Below, in pieces: positions 41,320 to 54,955 of a stretch of DNA of 64,000 bases (its first letter is position 1; each line of letters starts with the position of its first letter). The translations under genes were made by a program, and so were the position numbers. Origin of the DNA: Octopus vulgaris. Taxonomy: Eukaryota. The notes beneath the pieces are model-generated. The model was not told the DNA's origin. It searched no databases and worked only from the letters and a program-made list of their open reading frames with translations. Location of the stretch: assembly GCA_951406725.2 (NCBI GenBank), contig OX597822.1, forward strand, positions 104,842,001 to 104,906,000, read 5' to 3'.

Positions 41320-41610
41320 TACCGTCATTGTTGTTTTCTGTTTTCATTGGCGAACTTTTAGTTCTGAGTAATTCATTGTCGCTTACGAGTTGAGAATGCA
41401 TTTATTCATTGCTTTAGGGATACTTCATTTATCTTTCAGGAAATCTTGATGAAGTCATACTGTTTGCTGTCTTCATATTTATGTTGGGAGATCTCGTGTA
41501 GTTGCTATACAGAGGAGAGCGTTATCTGCGCAAGTAGTTTAATAAATAACAGTCGATATCACTCCGAATGTTGTTGAAATCAAAATGTCCATAAATCTCT
41601 CTTTGTTTTA
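41320..41610 (-). mobile_element. Highly decayed Penelope-like RT C-terminal fragment
   Basis: Minus FMDILIS..G.ISTVIY, DSKQY, SIPK resemble the FLDV..TDIY.K.TD..QY..SIP pattern. Confidence 0.4.
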
Positions 41611-41945
41611 CCTGTCAGTGTAAAATATCTTTTTACCTTGTTTATCCCAAAAGATTTCCTGTTTTAAATTATTTTCTTTTTGTCTCCTCACAAAACACAA
41701 TGAAGTGATAAGACTTTCTCCAACAACAATGGCGTCTGTTTTAACATCAACAACCACATCAGCGAATATGCCTCAATAGTTTTAAAACTTTGAACAATGG
41801 AAGTAGAAAGTATTTATAAGACGAAATAGAAAATTTAAATAAATTTTTGGTGTAGCTATGTACTAATGCCACTAATTTCGTCTAATAATCAACCAATACA
41901 TGCTTGATCCTAGAAACTAACTACTTGGTCACTACACACACACAC

Positions 41946-41984
<39 letters not shown>

Positions 41985-42068
41985 AGAATTTACAGTAAAA
42001 AACAAAAGAAGAAGACGGTTGTGTAAACAACAAACATGTATTAGTTTAACGCTCGGGAAGTGAGAAAG

Positions 42069-42107
42069 TCCTTTACGTTTCGAGCTTACGCTCTTCAACA
42101 GAAAGGA
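42069..42107 (-). ncRNA. Minimal type-I hammerhead-like fold (A6U variant) in a Penelope-like end (41981-42190)
   Basis: Minus: UCCUUU, CUGUUGA, A, GAGC guaa GCUC, GAA, ACGU, A, AAGGA. Confidence 0.6.
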
Positions 42108-42374
42108 ACACAGAAATAAACAGGGAAAGAAAAAATGTCTAGTGGCTAGCAATCTATCATGCCGAATGCCGGACAGAGGGGTCACACGTGCTTAATATAT
42201 AGATTAACCGAGGTACTACTGTATTAAAGAAATATGAAGAAGACAGGAGATAAAGCACGATTTATTCGTGATCAGAGGTGTTCAAAAACCAAGGTACTAC
42301 TCTGTGACCTCGTGTGTACCGTTGGCAATTTCTTTTCCTCTGTCTTCCCTTCTCTGGATCTTTCCTTCTCCTAT

Positions 42375-42409
42375 GTTTCCGACGAAGAGCTCCGCTCGAA
42401 ACGTTAAAC
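42375..42409 (+). ncRNA. Minimal type-I hammerhead (U4C variant) in a Penelope-like end (42300-42510)
   Basis: GUUU, CCGACGA, A, GAGC ucc GCUC, GAA, ACGU, U, AAAC. Confidence 0.7.
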
Positions 42410-42505
42410 CCTCCTTCTTCCCTTCTTTCCTGAGCGTCCAATAATACTATATTTGTTTCACATCCTCGCGTTGTTGTGTTTTTTTGTGTTTTCTTGTTTG
42501 GATTA

Positions 42506-42556
<51 letters not shown>

Positions 42557-42729
42557 GTGTCCGTCTGTATGTTGGTCTGTTTATTTTCATATCCATATGC
42601 TTACTTACATGTGCATATACACATATATACCCCACGTCACTCACATACATACACCTATCTACATAACAGACCACTAACTCTTCTACTCTACCTGTGTCAA
42701 CTGTGGGTATGGGGGTATGAATATATATC

Positions 42730-42760
<31 letters not shown>

Positions 42761-42849
42761 ACGTAGAGAGTGAGGGAGAGGAAAAAGTAAATACGTGAAT
42801 AGAAAGGTTGATAGATAAACTGACAGACAGATAGGAGCCAAGTGACTGT

Positions 42850-43300
42850 TGTCTCCGAGGAAGATCGATTCTATGCAGTAATTTTTAAGGTATTGTACTG
42901 GGATCACTATTCTGCCCGTGCGTATCTCATTAAGATGTTTATGGCACTTTGCCGCCGGTGGAAAGTATGCCTCGATCCCGATATCATTCAGCTTTTTAGG
43001 TATCAGTTTACGTTCTGTTCCAAGCACCGCAACTACTACTGGAACAATTGTTATATTTAAAATAGATTATTTCTAGCATTATAGTCGAATTAAAATTTGC
43101 TAAGGAGTCATGTTTAATACAAATACACGGCTTCCATCAAAACGCTGGTGCATCGCCGAACACGTTGTGTAACTTGACTTGGTTGTTTGGTTTCTTTTGC
43201 GATAAGTACTTCCAATCTCCTGAACCAAGCTGTTCTCGTATAGAAATTAGTAAACAAAACATCTATTGATGGCGTATTCATTCTTAAATTACCCATTGAT
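42850..43300 (-). mobile_element. Decayed REL-endonuclease non-LTR fragment
   Basis: Minus NITIVPVVVAVLGT..LNDIGI resembles the xxPIVVGxLG motif of R2/R4/NeSL-type elements. Confidence 0.35.
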
Positions 43301-44428
43301 TCGTGTGAATGATCTCTAGAATTAAATAAATACTCTTGAAGCAGGTTTAAATTAAAATCCCGGATTATGCGATATATATAATGTACACGTACACGTGATA
43401 CGGCGCTAGTTGTAATATTTATATTCTACAAACACACACAATCTCAACAATCAAATGTATCAGAAAATTTATAATTCATCTTACGATTTTCAAAATAACC
43501 GTAGAATTTCCATGGATACTGCTAGTTTAACATAACTATTTTATGTTTGAAAGAAATTTGATATAACATTAGGAATCTTCGTTAGAGTAAATACATAGCA
43601 TAAGTTTCTTGTTTTAATCAATAACTTATCTTTGTAAAACATTGTGAAAAATGACATCACCCAAAGCAAAATAATATACTATATACGCATTTTGAAAATG
43701 GCGATTTAAGACGGTCTGTTGGTTGCTCGAAAGAAATAAAAACAACTAATATGTCAAATAGTATGATGAGAAATAAATATTCATTTTAGAGTCTAGAACG
43801 AACTAATGCAGACAAGTCGAATATATCTTCAAAAATAAATGGTTGCCGTTGAAGCAAAAAGACATTATATATTTAATCATATTTATAAAAGTTATTATGA
43901 CAAAAGCATCGCCACTTTATTTTATTTAATTTTGAAGATTTATTAAATTTACTATGAGAAAATACGATTATATATTTCCTTTCTAGTTTCTATATAGAGT
44001 TCTTATTTTAAAATGCCCGTTTTATAATATTTGCTCATTATCCAGACAGAAACATTTTTTAAGAAACGTTTTTGTTCTTAGATTTTAGACACACCTACAG
44101 GAAGTTTTTGCTACTAATTCTTTGGATAATTCTAACTGGTTGAATTTATTCCACTGATTATATTACCTGAAGAAGACTCCAGCCTGATAAGTATTTATGA
44201 CGCATGAAAATGTCTGGGCTCTTCCTTCAGATATAGAGTTGATATTTTATTATTGCATCACTAAATTCCTCCCTAAATTCCCTAGATGCACATCAATACA
44301 CATTGGTATATGGAACATGTGCTTCTTGTAGCTTAAAAGCTAGTGCCGATGCCCACTGCACTTGTGGTCCTTTAGTGATGAAAAATGATTTCCTTATTGG
44401 TTAACATTGCGTCTAGCCACTTTAATTA

Positions 44429-44470
<42 letters not shown>

Positions 44471-44520
44471 ATTGAAGAAATGGAGTTGAACGAAGATTGA
44501 ACAGAAATCGTTTTAATGCA

Positions 44521-44600
44521 TTCTACACGTGTTTCGAAAGGCACAATTTACCAAATTCCGATTGAATAAGGAGACCATATTGTGTCTTTCTCTTCAGGAA
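44521..44600 (-). ncRNA. Type-I hammerhead ribozyme with a fully canonical core, in a (TA)n-flanked element (44467-44724)
   Basis: Minus: UUC, CUGAAGA, GAAAGACACAAU..AUUGUGCCUUUC (11 of 12 pairs), GAA, ACACGUGU, A, GAA. Confidence 0.8.
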
Positions 44601-44721
44601 GAAATAGGAAATCCGTTGGAAAAAACAAACACAGAACAGAGGCAGAACAAAACAAATCGAACGAGGCTCCTAAGATTTCCTATTTCTTCCTGTAAGCCCA
44701 GTACTTATTCTATCGGATAAA

Positions 44722-44769
<48 letters not shown>

Positions 44770-44811
44770 AATGACCGAGGTATGTGTATGTGTGTGTAAC
44801 AGATACATGCA

Positions 44812-44848
<37 letters not shown>

Positions 44849-46890
44849 GTACACAGACCTATCTATGCATACCATACATATATATACGTACCTATCTCCC
44901 ATACATATATATATATATATATATAAATACATATATTGGTTTTTATCAGGTAAAAGACAACAGTGACATCAAAGTTTAGAGCTAGCTGGCTCTCATCAGA
45001 TTCATGACAGCGAGCAAAGTCGAAGCTTCCAAATCACTGTCAATAATTTTCCATGCACCAATTAATAGGAATAAATATGTATGCTACTAAAATGCATTGT
45101 GCAATATTTCAGGTTTAAGTAAAATTATTTTTATACATAACTTGACACAGTAACAAACACACACAAACCCCCTACACACATACACACAATCGCACACAGA
45201 TGATACATATATGTATGTGGGAATATATGTTTGTGTGTGTGTGTGTGTGTGTGTTTCAATGCCTATGAGCGTGTATGTCTCTGTATGCTTATATGCATGT
45301 GTGAATGCATGAATAAGTTATATTCCACTGAGCAGGCCTAATGACAAAAGAGACCTCTCTGTTCTTTTAAACAATTATCTTTTTTAAAAAAGTAGTTTCT
45401 CTGAAGACTCTTTATCTCTGTCGTCAAAATAATCCAACCAACTGATGTTACTGAAATTATTTTCCATACCTGTTAGTTTTAGGTTATAAACACACATAGA
45501 ATAATCCTTCTAAATCAAATATTCGAACAGTTACATACATATGACAAATAATACATCACAAATAACGATACCCGCCATTATTTCTATTCAGCAGGGAGAA
45601 AGTACGTTCTTCTTAAGTATTTCTCGTCAACCATTTTGTTTAAATATCTTTGCCTATCATTCGTGTTCTTTGCTCGGTTCTGCGATGACAAAGCGGAAAC
45701 CGTGTTCGTGAGGAGAATCCTTCATCGAAACATACTGGAATAAATCTCAGCCTACTACACTGTGCAGGTCAAGTGCCGTTTTCACCTCTTCTTACACTCA
45801 CGGGAGAGGCATAATGTTATCAATGAGTATAATTATATATTATGATCATGGAGAATCTAGAAACATCCACACTTGGTGATTATAGATTTATAGATTCTTG
45901 GAGGCACGCACGCATACATACCAGCCAGGATATTTAATGCTTGCATGAAGTCAGGTCATGTTGGAATTACCTCACTGAATGTATATCATAAACATTGACG
46001 CAGCACACTCACGCGCATCCATAATCACTTATGTACATCTGCGCATATTTCCTTACAGATGTAAGTTTAAAATGGTTGTAAAAGAATGGAGATACTTGAG
46101 AACGAAGTAAATGGAATAATACACGCGCGCGCAGGCACATTCACATACACACGCGCACTCATGCACAAACACATAAAAAGAAATGCACACGCACACACAC
46201 ACACACACATATACGCAATCTCATATGCATATGTGAAAGCACTCACACACATATGCAATCACAACAAATTCACATTCGGCTATATTTGAAAGCATATATA
46301 TATATATATATATCCACGCATAAATATATGTGTGTGTGTGTGTGTACACATTAGCGTTCGAGATAGCTGATTATTGATAAATGCATTTGTTAGTTTTTAA
46401 AGCAATTTTATGTTCTCGTTTTTCCTATCATAAGAAAATGTCACTTTACAACTGCAAAGCTCAATAAATGATTACTGTTGCTAACGCCCTGGCTGTTCTT
46501 ATACCTGCTGTTGAAATTCTGTTGCTGTTTACGTTGCTGCTGGTTTTGTTTTAGTTTCGGGTCAGCTTTGAACAATGCTTCGGTCAAAAGCAATCCTTCT
46601 GTGGCCAACTTGTTCAGTTTTTCATGTTTTTGTTAACCGCCAAATCAACTCAATCGGATGAGGCTTATGATCAAAAGCATTCCATTCTCGACCTTCACGT
46701 TCTGCATTGTTTTCTGTGATTTTCTTATGTAAAACTTCATTTCCTTATCAAACAGACCTGTGATCAAAGGCATTCTATCCGTGACTCTCCCGAACTCATA
46801 TGGGTATCTGCGACTGTAGTGCTTGAAATGTCGTTTCCTTATAGGACTGATCTATGACAAAATGTATTTCAATACTGATCATGACAAAAA

Positions 46891-47470
46891 GGGGGCGAGC
46901 TGGCAGAAACGTTAGCACGCCGGACAAAATGCTTAGCGGTATTTCGTCTGTCTCTACGTTCTGAGTTCAAATTCCGCCGAGGTCGACTTTGCCTTTCATC
47001 CTTTCGGGATCGATAAATTAAGTACCAGTTACGCACTGGTGTCAATATAATCGACTTAATCCCTATGTCTGTCCTTGTTTGTCCTCTCTGTGTTTAGCCC
47101 CTTGTGGGTAGTAAAGAAATAGGTATTTCGTCTGTCTCTACGTTCTGAGTTCAAATTCCGCCGAGGTCGACTTTGCCTTTCATCCATTCGGGGTCGATAA
47201 ATTAAGTACTAGTTACGCACTGGGGTCGATATAATCGACTTAATCCGTTTGTCTGTCCTTGTTTGTCCTCTCTGTGTTTAGCCCCTTGTGGGTAGTAAAG
47301 AAATATGTATTTCGTCTGTCTCTATGTTCTGAGTTCAAATTCCGCCGAGGTCGGGTTTGCCTTTCATCTTTTCAAGATCGATAAATTAAATACCTGTTGT
47401 GTACAGGTGTCGATCTAATCGACTGTCCCACTCCCTCAAAAGTTCGTGTCTTGTGCCTAGAGTAGAAAAG
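46891..47470 (+). mobile_element. SINE family A trimer (head plus 184-bp tandem units) with a 17-bp TSD
   Basis: Units start at 46938, 47122 and 47306; TSD aata(c/t)tgatcatgacaa at 46871-46887 and 47471-47487. Confidence 0.9.
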
Positions 47471-48232
47471 AATATTGATCATGACAATCTTTCATGACTA
47501 TCTACGACTACGTGTGCTGAAGTTTCGTTTCCCTTCTTTTAGACGTTAAAAATGGCTTGTTGACCAATTGACGGAATAGTACCTTCCTCACCAAGCATCT
47601 TACAAAAACCACGTAATACTACGAAGCGCAAAAATAGAGACATGTCATAGATATGTAATACAAATTTAATATTGCAGTGTATTATTTCTCAACAACGTTA
47701 AGTTTGAGACACAGGCCAAATATTTCTATCTAAAGTACGATGTCCATTTTAAGCACCTGTCACCTTTGTAACTATCTCGAAAAACTCATCGCAATAGAAT
47801 ACAAAATCAGTCTTAGATCTATGAGGTCTGTTGCACTTATAAGATCTAATAGATTGGTTAAATAATATCACTACGGTATCATATTAAGAAATTTTATTGT
47901 TATGAATTCAAAGTTGGTGATGAAGGATAGGTAGTGTTTCATTATGGAAGAAAGATCTTAGCTGTTAACAGTCGTAAACTATAAAAGCAGAATTAATATT
48001 CGGAAGAGTACCGAAATCTGTTTAACATTCCTAAGCCGCACAAGTGCACACATATATATTTGCATGTATGTGCATATTTCAATGTACGTACATACAAACA
48101 CATACACACAAACACATAAACACACACACACACACACACACACACATTCCATTACATGTTCTTGTAGCTATAAGATCTGCATAATAAATGACTTCCACAT
48201 ATATGTATGTTCAAGCATATATGCATATATAC

Positions 48233-48282
<50 letters not shown>

Positions 48283-48287
<5 letters not shown>

Positions 48288-48577
48288 CGTCTCCGTGACC
48301 GACCAGGCTATCAGATGTTGCTATACATCGCTGGTCACAATGCGCTTCGCATTGTTTTTGCCTTCAAATGACGCCACCCCGCTGGCTAAGCGAGCAGGCC
48401 AACAGAAGAAAGAGTGAGAGAAAGTTGTGGCGAAAGAGTACAGCAGGGATCACCATCCCCGCCGGAGCCTCCTGAAGATTTAGGTGTTTTCGCTCAATAA
48501 ACACTCACAACGCCAGGTCTGGGAATCGAAACCGCGATCCTACAACCGCGAGTCCGCTGCCCTAACCATTGGGCAAT
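48283..48577 (-). mobile_element. SINE family C head with an alternative tail ending in (AT)n
   Basis: Head and core shared with 58478-58861; different 3' module. Confidence 0.8.
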
Positions 48578-48662
48578 AGAGTGCTAGAGAGGCTGGTAAA
48601 GGTGGAAGAGAAACAGATAGTTTGATAGTTATATAGACTAATAAACAGATGGATAGATAAAT

Positions 48663-48821
<159 letters not shown>

Positions 48822-49551
48822 CTTATTTATCGAGATATCTTAGTTTATATATATAAATATATATCTATAAACACATACAGAAGTATATATACACATACAT
48901 TTATTGGCATGTCTTTCTCCAATATTACAACGTTAAAGATATGCCATTTTACATAATTACACGTTAGCCTTTAAACAAAATGTATGATATTTGTCAAGAC
49001 ACATGCTTTTAATAAGAAACCCGAAATGTTGTATAATAATTAGCAAATGATTGAGTACTTATACCGTGTTTCGGGCGATAAATATTAAAGCAAAGCGAAG
49101 TTGATTCGTCGAAGAAGAACAGCAGCACGTAGTAGTGGAATATTACAAAGTAGTGTTAAGAATTTATCAACAGGAGGTCTCTTAATACATTGAACCAATT
49201 TCAAGTAATGTAGTTGAGCTATTAGTATCGATTAAATTTGACTGTCTTGACTGACTTTCTTAAAAAGATTCATAGCATTGATATAGGAAATAAAACTTTG
49301 ATAATATTATCGAATGAAAGACTTGCACGTCAGCTGCGATAATCGGTGTATGATGATAGTAGTGAATGTTAAGAGAGGATGAGTTCAGTGATAATCAATG
49401 GATGAGGCTTTTTACAAGCCTGTTGCATAAGAAAGTGTTCGGATGACGAGATAGGCTATGCGGTCACTTGGTTTTCTAGAAACCGCAGCCAAATTTTTCT
49501 CCAAACTTCATATTATATTCTCAGAAGCAGAATTATACATTAGTCAAATTA

Positions 49552-49966
49552 GGGATCTTTTCGGTTTGAACGGCAGTTTTTTTGAAAAATAATTTCCACG
49601 TAACTAAATACTTTTAAACTTCGTATACTGGTAGAGTGTGTTTATAAAACATCTTTTTCTCTTGGCTTTATTGAGAAAATTCTATAGTTTCTAAGATATT
49701 TGTTGTTTTCTTTCTTCAATTTCTGCAATTTCAAGCAATCACTGACGTCTATTGCGGTGAAAACATTCTGTGCCGTATGAATATGTCCCTCGTTTAAGAA
49801 ACAGATTGGGTTTATTTACATTTCTGAAGAAAAAAGGTACCCTTCCCCTCACCCCTAACCCTAAAACAGATTGAAATGCAATAGATCGATACTAGGGTCA
49901 TAATTATGGGAGACAATTTCATATGACACCGCTAGAAAAAAAGGCCGTTCAAACCGAAAAGATCCC
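49552..49966. mobile_element. MITE, second copy, with perfect 6-bp TSD AAATTA
   Basis: TIR gggatcttttcggtttgaacggc / gccgttcaaaccgaaaagatccc; aaatta at 49546-49551 and 49967-49972. Confidence 0.92.
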
Positions 49967-52212
49967 AAATTAATTTCAGATATCATGAAAGACGAAGAGT
50001 AGACGATATAATCACAGATAGGGGATCATATTTTGACTTGATCTGGGTTGGTTTTGGGCCAAGCAACAACAGCAGCAGTAATAATAACCAGTAATAATAA
50101 GAGCAACAATAATAATAATCCTTTCTACTAAAGGCACATGCAGTGAAATTTGGGAGGAGGGGACTAGTTGATTACATCGACCCCAGTACTTTAGTGGTAC
50201 TTAATTTATTGACCCCGAAAGGATGAATGATAAAGTCGACTACGTAATGCAACATTGTTGTAAAGCTGACTTTAAATCGGGGATTGTACAAATACTCGCA
50301 TTTACTATGAACAATGTTTAGAGAATGAAAAATACGAAACAGAATTAATTTTACAGCTTTATTTAAAAGGGATATTTTGACTCTGACATTGTTTTCTAGG
50401 ACAGAGAGGAGATATTTATTTGACGAATTCATCTTTTCAATTTTAATATGAAACTGAAGACACAAAATCTACAGAAAATATTTTCCACAAAATATTTTTA
50501 CTTTTCAAAACATTGTATCTATCATATGAAAATTGCATATTCCCAGTTGTGCTTGCACTGCCTGAGCTATTTGATTTTGGAAAATATTAATATATGATGT
50601 CAAGTAATGATGTATTTCATTTGGCCGAGGCATGAACTGATTTCTCAACGAAAGCGAAATTATCGAATGAATCAAATGCAATATACTAGCAGTGAGGGTC
50701 CTGGTTCGATTTGAACCCAGATGTTAGACGAGAGACAAAAGAAACTATAAACGATTCGATCACCCTTAGTGCATTAGTGGCATTTAAGCTACCGATCAAG
50801 GAATAGTTAGCTACGAGAGGATTTGAACACAAAATGTGGGTGAGATTACGAAAAATTCTGTAATGTTTTTAATCCCATACTCCAACATTTTAGCCAGATC
50901 AATGAGTTTCTAGATAGAAATATTGATTTTGTTTCGAAGGGCACAATCTAAATCTTGTGAGAAGGCCAAAAGTTAAGCTTATCGATTCCAATATATTTAT
51001 AGGACTTGTTTTTATTGATCGTGAAGTTATCAAAGGCAAAGTGGATCCTAGCAATATTGAACTAAGAATGTTGTAGGAGGGCTAAATGAGTTTTTCACAA
51101 GCTCACAATTTTCTCAATTTCTCATCTCTCACCTTTATGGGAAGAAATACTTGTAAAATTCACGAGAAACTGAAAATAAAACCCAGTACGACAATCTCCG
51201 ACAAAATATTACTTCGGGCATTGGATTCTTGAAAGAAAGCGAATTCTCTAACAATCTTTGAGGCAGCAGCATAAAGCATTTACCTTGGAACTTAGAAAAA
51301 TAATAAACGGAATAAATTAAATCGTGGAATTAAATTAACAGAAGGAACAGAAAAGAAAAAGGCGTATAAAGCACAGGAATAAGGGGGGAAACTGGACGGG
51401 TTTGAAAGATTTACTTGTTTTCAGAAATAGAAATTCAATTTAGTAAGATAGTGTAAATAGTTGTCCTCCTCATAAAATTGTCAGTAATAAATACAAAATA
51501 CAAACGAAAAAATAAAATGTGAACGAATAAATAAATAAATAAAATCTGGAAATACGCATCACTTATATTGACATGTACTTTGGAAATGGCAGATATCGTA
51601 AAATTATCAGCAGAAACAAAAAGATGCAGCAGAATCTTATAATGAAGATTTATGCCCAGCAATGAAAACTGGTTTAGAATTTCCAAATTTCTTTTTTTCT
51701 TCTCTTCCTTCCCTGCCATCGGGTTCTTCTCATTCGCTTTCTTTCTCTCTCTCTTGTCTTCCCACTTGTCACACCTATTATACCCATCTGCAACCCCTTC
51801 CACTAATCACTTTCCATAGTCCTGTAAATGTCAACTTGAAAACATTAGCATAACCTTTTCGCAGGTCTTGAACCCCTCCCCACAAATGTTGGGCCTTGTG
51901 CCAACAGTAGGGAGGATTATTATGCTTTTATAATGTGTGTGTTCGAATATTACGGCGTAACCAAGTTTGCTGTTCTTATCTGCTATAGACAAGTCTATAG
52001 ACAGCGAGAAGGATATTTAACAGTTGTTAGTGATAGAGGAAGAAACACTGAGAAGGGGGAGAAAATAATGCCACCCTGGATAACTATTATGACAAAATAT
52101 AAAAAGATATAAAAACATTGAGTACTATGAGGTCTCCAATAGAATATCGTACACTGTAACGTTTCCGTCTAAACATCGAAATTTTGTAAATTTATAACAC
52201 TGTTTTTTAAAT

Positions 52213-52419
52213 CAATTGTAGCGTGGAAGGTGTTTATAAGCCATTTATGAAACACAAAAAACCGTTAGATTCACTTCAACATTTAAATTTGATTTGTCAA
52301 AATATTTTCGTCGCTTTGAGACCGCGACCGGTTCACTGACAAAACTTCGTGCTAAGTGAATCTAACGGTTTTTTGTGTGTTTCTTAAATGGCTTATAAAC
52401 ACCTTCCACGCTGCAATTG
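52213..52419. mobile_element. Fold-back element (about 64-bp arms) enclosing a hammerhead-like fold (52293-52343, minus)
   Basis: Arms 52213-52276 and 52354-52419; minus-strand loop reads UUUGUCA, GUGAACC, G, GUCGC..GCGAC, GAA, AAUAUU, U, UGACAAA. Confidence 0.75.
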
Positions 52420-52988
52420 TTTTCGTTCCAACACACGATCTCAGATCAAGTCACTCGCTATGCAAGTACATCTCTGTAAATGTTTTTTAAATATTAAAAT
52501 TAAATTCAACGTTTTTCATTATGTTCAATACCTTGTGAAACTCATTATCCTACATGTGTTTGGCGCGACGTTATGGAGTTCTTGTGTTCGAATCGTATTT
52601 ATATAAAAGATAAATGGTCATGTAAATATATAATTTTCAGTGTAATGTTTCTATTTTATGTTGTGTGTAGTCTCAGGTCGACCTTAAAGAGAAATCTATG
52701 GCCAAAGGATTTCAAGTTGTGACTATTTTATGTTGTTCTTTGTCTAGGACTACATCATCGAAAGCATGCCTTCGATTTTCGCTATACTACTGTGTGTACT
52801 GAGATGAGATATAGCTGCTATTTCCAAGTCGTTGTATGGTTACCTATACGTTTCCTCATTGACTCCGAGTTTCTATTTTTTCTGTCAGTTAATAAGTTAA
52901 TGTCAATCACAAAGGCATGACCTTCTCTACACATGACTCAACCCTTTCTCTTAACTACGATAATATTGTTTTCTGTGTCATAATAAAG

Positions 52989-53295
52989 ACACATGGCTTA
53001 GTGGGTAGGGCGTTGGGCTCTCAATCATGAGGTAGTGAGTTCGATTTCCGAACCGGGCTGTATGCTGTGTTCTTTAGCAAGACACTGCATTTCACGGTCC
53101 TCCAGTTCACTCAGCTGTAGAAATGAGTTGCAGTGTCACTGGTGCCAAGATGTCATCCCTTGGATAACATCGGTGGCGTGGAGAGGGGGATGCATGGTAT
53201 GCATGGCTGACTACTGGTCTTCCATAAACAACCTTGCCCGAACCTGTGCCCCGAAAGTTAACTTTCTAGGTGCAATGCTATGGTTATTCATGACC
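52989..53295 (+). mobile_element. tRNA-derived SINE with CORE-like centre
   Basis: catggcttagtgggtaggg, gagttcgatttcc, tgtgttctttagcaagacact..ctccagttcactcagctg. Confidence 0.7.
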
Positions 53296-53562
53296 GTATA
53301 TAGACTTTAATAACACCACCATATAATTTCGTACCCTTAAATGCGGAGGAAGACTTTTCTTTTTTTTCTTCTTTTTTTTAAAATCATTTCGGGGCGAACT
53401 ATTTTCGATAAAATTAACTAGATAAAGACATTATGTAGAGGATAAAAGCATTAAGTTGAGGATTTAGATTTCAATAAGTGCAGAAATTTTTAACATTTTA
53501 AAGATGTTTAGGACACTAATTTTGATGACAAGTCATGATCACTGATCATAAAATACAGCTTC

Positions 53563-53972
53563 TTATTTCTTTATTGACCACAGGGGGCTAAACATAAAGG
53601 GGACAAGCAAGAACAGACATAGGGATTAACTCGATTATATCGACCGCAGTGCGTAACTGGTACATATTTAATCGACCCCGAAAGGATGAAGGGCAAAGTC
53701 GACCTCGGCGGAATTTGAACTCAGAACGTAGCGGCATACGAAATACCTATTTCTTTACTACCCACAAGGGGCTAAACACAGAACAAACAAGGACAGACAA
53801 ACAGATTAAGTCGATTACATCGACCCCAGTACGTAACTGGAACTTATTTAATCGACCCCGAAAGGATGAAAGGCAAAGTCGACCTCGGCAGAATTTGAAC
53901 TCAGAACGTAACGGCAGACGAAATACCGCTAAGCACTTCGCCCAGCGTGCTAACGTTTCTGCTAGCACGCCG
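53563..53972 (-). mobile_element. SINE family A dimer
   Basis: Head plus two units joined at cgaaatacctatttcttt. Confidence 0.85.
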
Positions 53973-54881
53973 CAGCTTCTCACTATGCAATGAAAACATC
54001 TCCACACACAGAACAACATAGGATTCCATCAGCATCTCTATGGCCATAGCTAACTCCATGACCATCAACATATATCTACCCTGCATCCATAGCTACGACG
54101 CTTTTGTTTTAATTTCCGTGGCGATACGTGGTAAAAAGATTAATAGTCATCCGTTGATTTTAGTAAACGGATTTGCGATGGTATTTTGATAAGCATAAGA
54201 GATTGATAATGATGTTCGTGTTCATAAAAAACGCCGTCAATTGTATTCGAAACCTATATTTGTATTATTGTTACACTTTCTTCTTTTCTATCACCGATAT
54301 ACATTGATTTCCCTAACGCAACTGTAAGTAAACAAAAAAACAAAAAACAAACGTAGGGTTTATTCCTAGGTGAGAACTCGACAAGAGAGCGAGTAGGAGT
54401 ATAAAATAAATACACTTAAAGAAACCTGTAATGTTGCAAGCTTTATGTATGCAAAATCATCGCATCGTATAATCAGAACGCCAACATATAAGTTTGAATG
54501 CGTATGTATACATACATATATATATATGTGCGTGTATGTATATTTATATATGCGCATATATAGATGTACATATGTATATATGTTAACATGCTTAAGATAA
54601 TCTCCACATAACTCAACTTGGATTCTGGAAGTAAGAAATTCCATAATCCGTTAACTGCAAACAAAAATTGTAAAGAAAAGAAGGTCCCCATAGTGTTTCG
54701 TCTGTTTCTCTATCTCAATGCTTCTCTCTCCATCTCTCTCTCTCTCCCTCCCTCCTTCTCCCTCCCATCTCACTCTCTCTCTCTCTCCCTGTATCATTCT
54801 ATACTGGGTGCATACACATATATGTTTATATTTATATGTGTGTGTGTATACATATACGTACATATATATATAAAAACGCAC

Positions 54882-54955
<74 letters not shown>

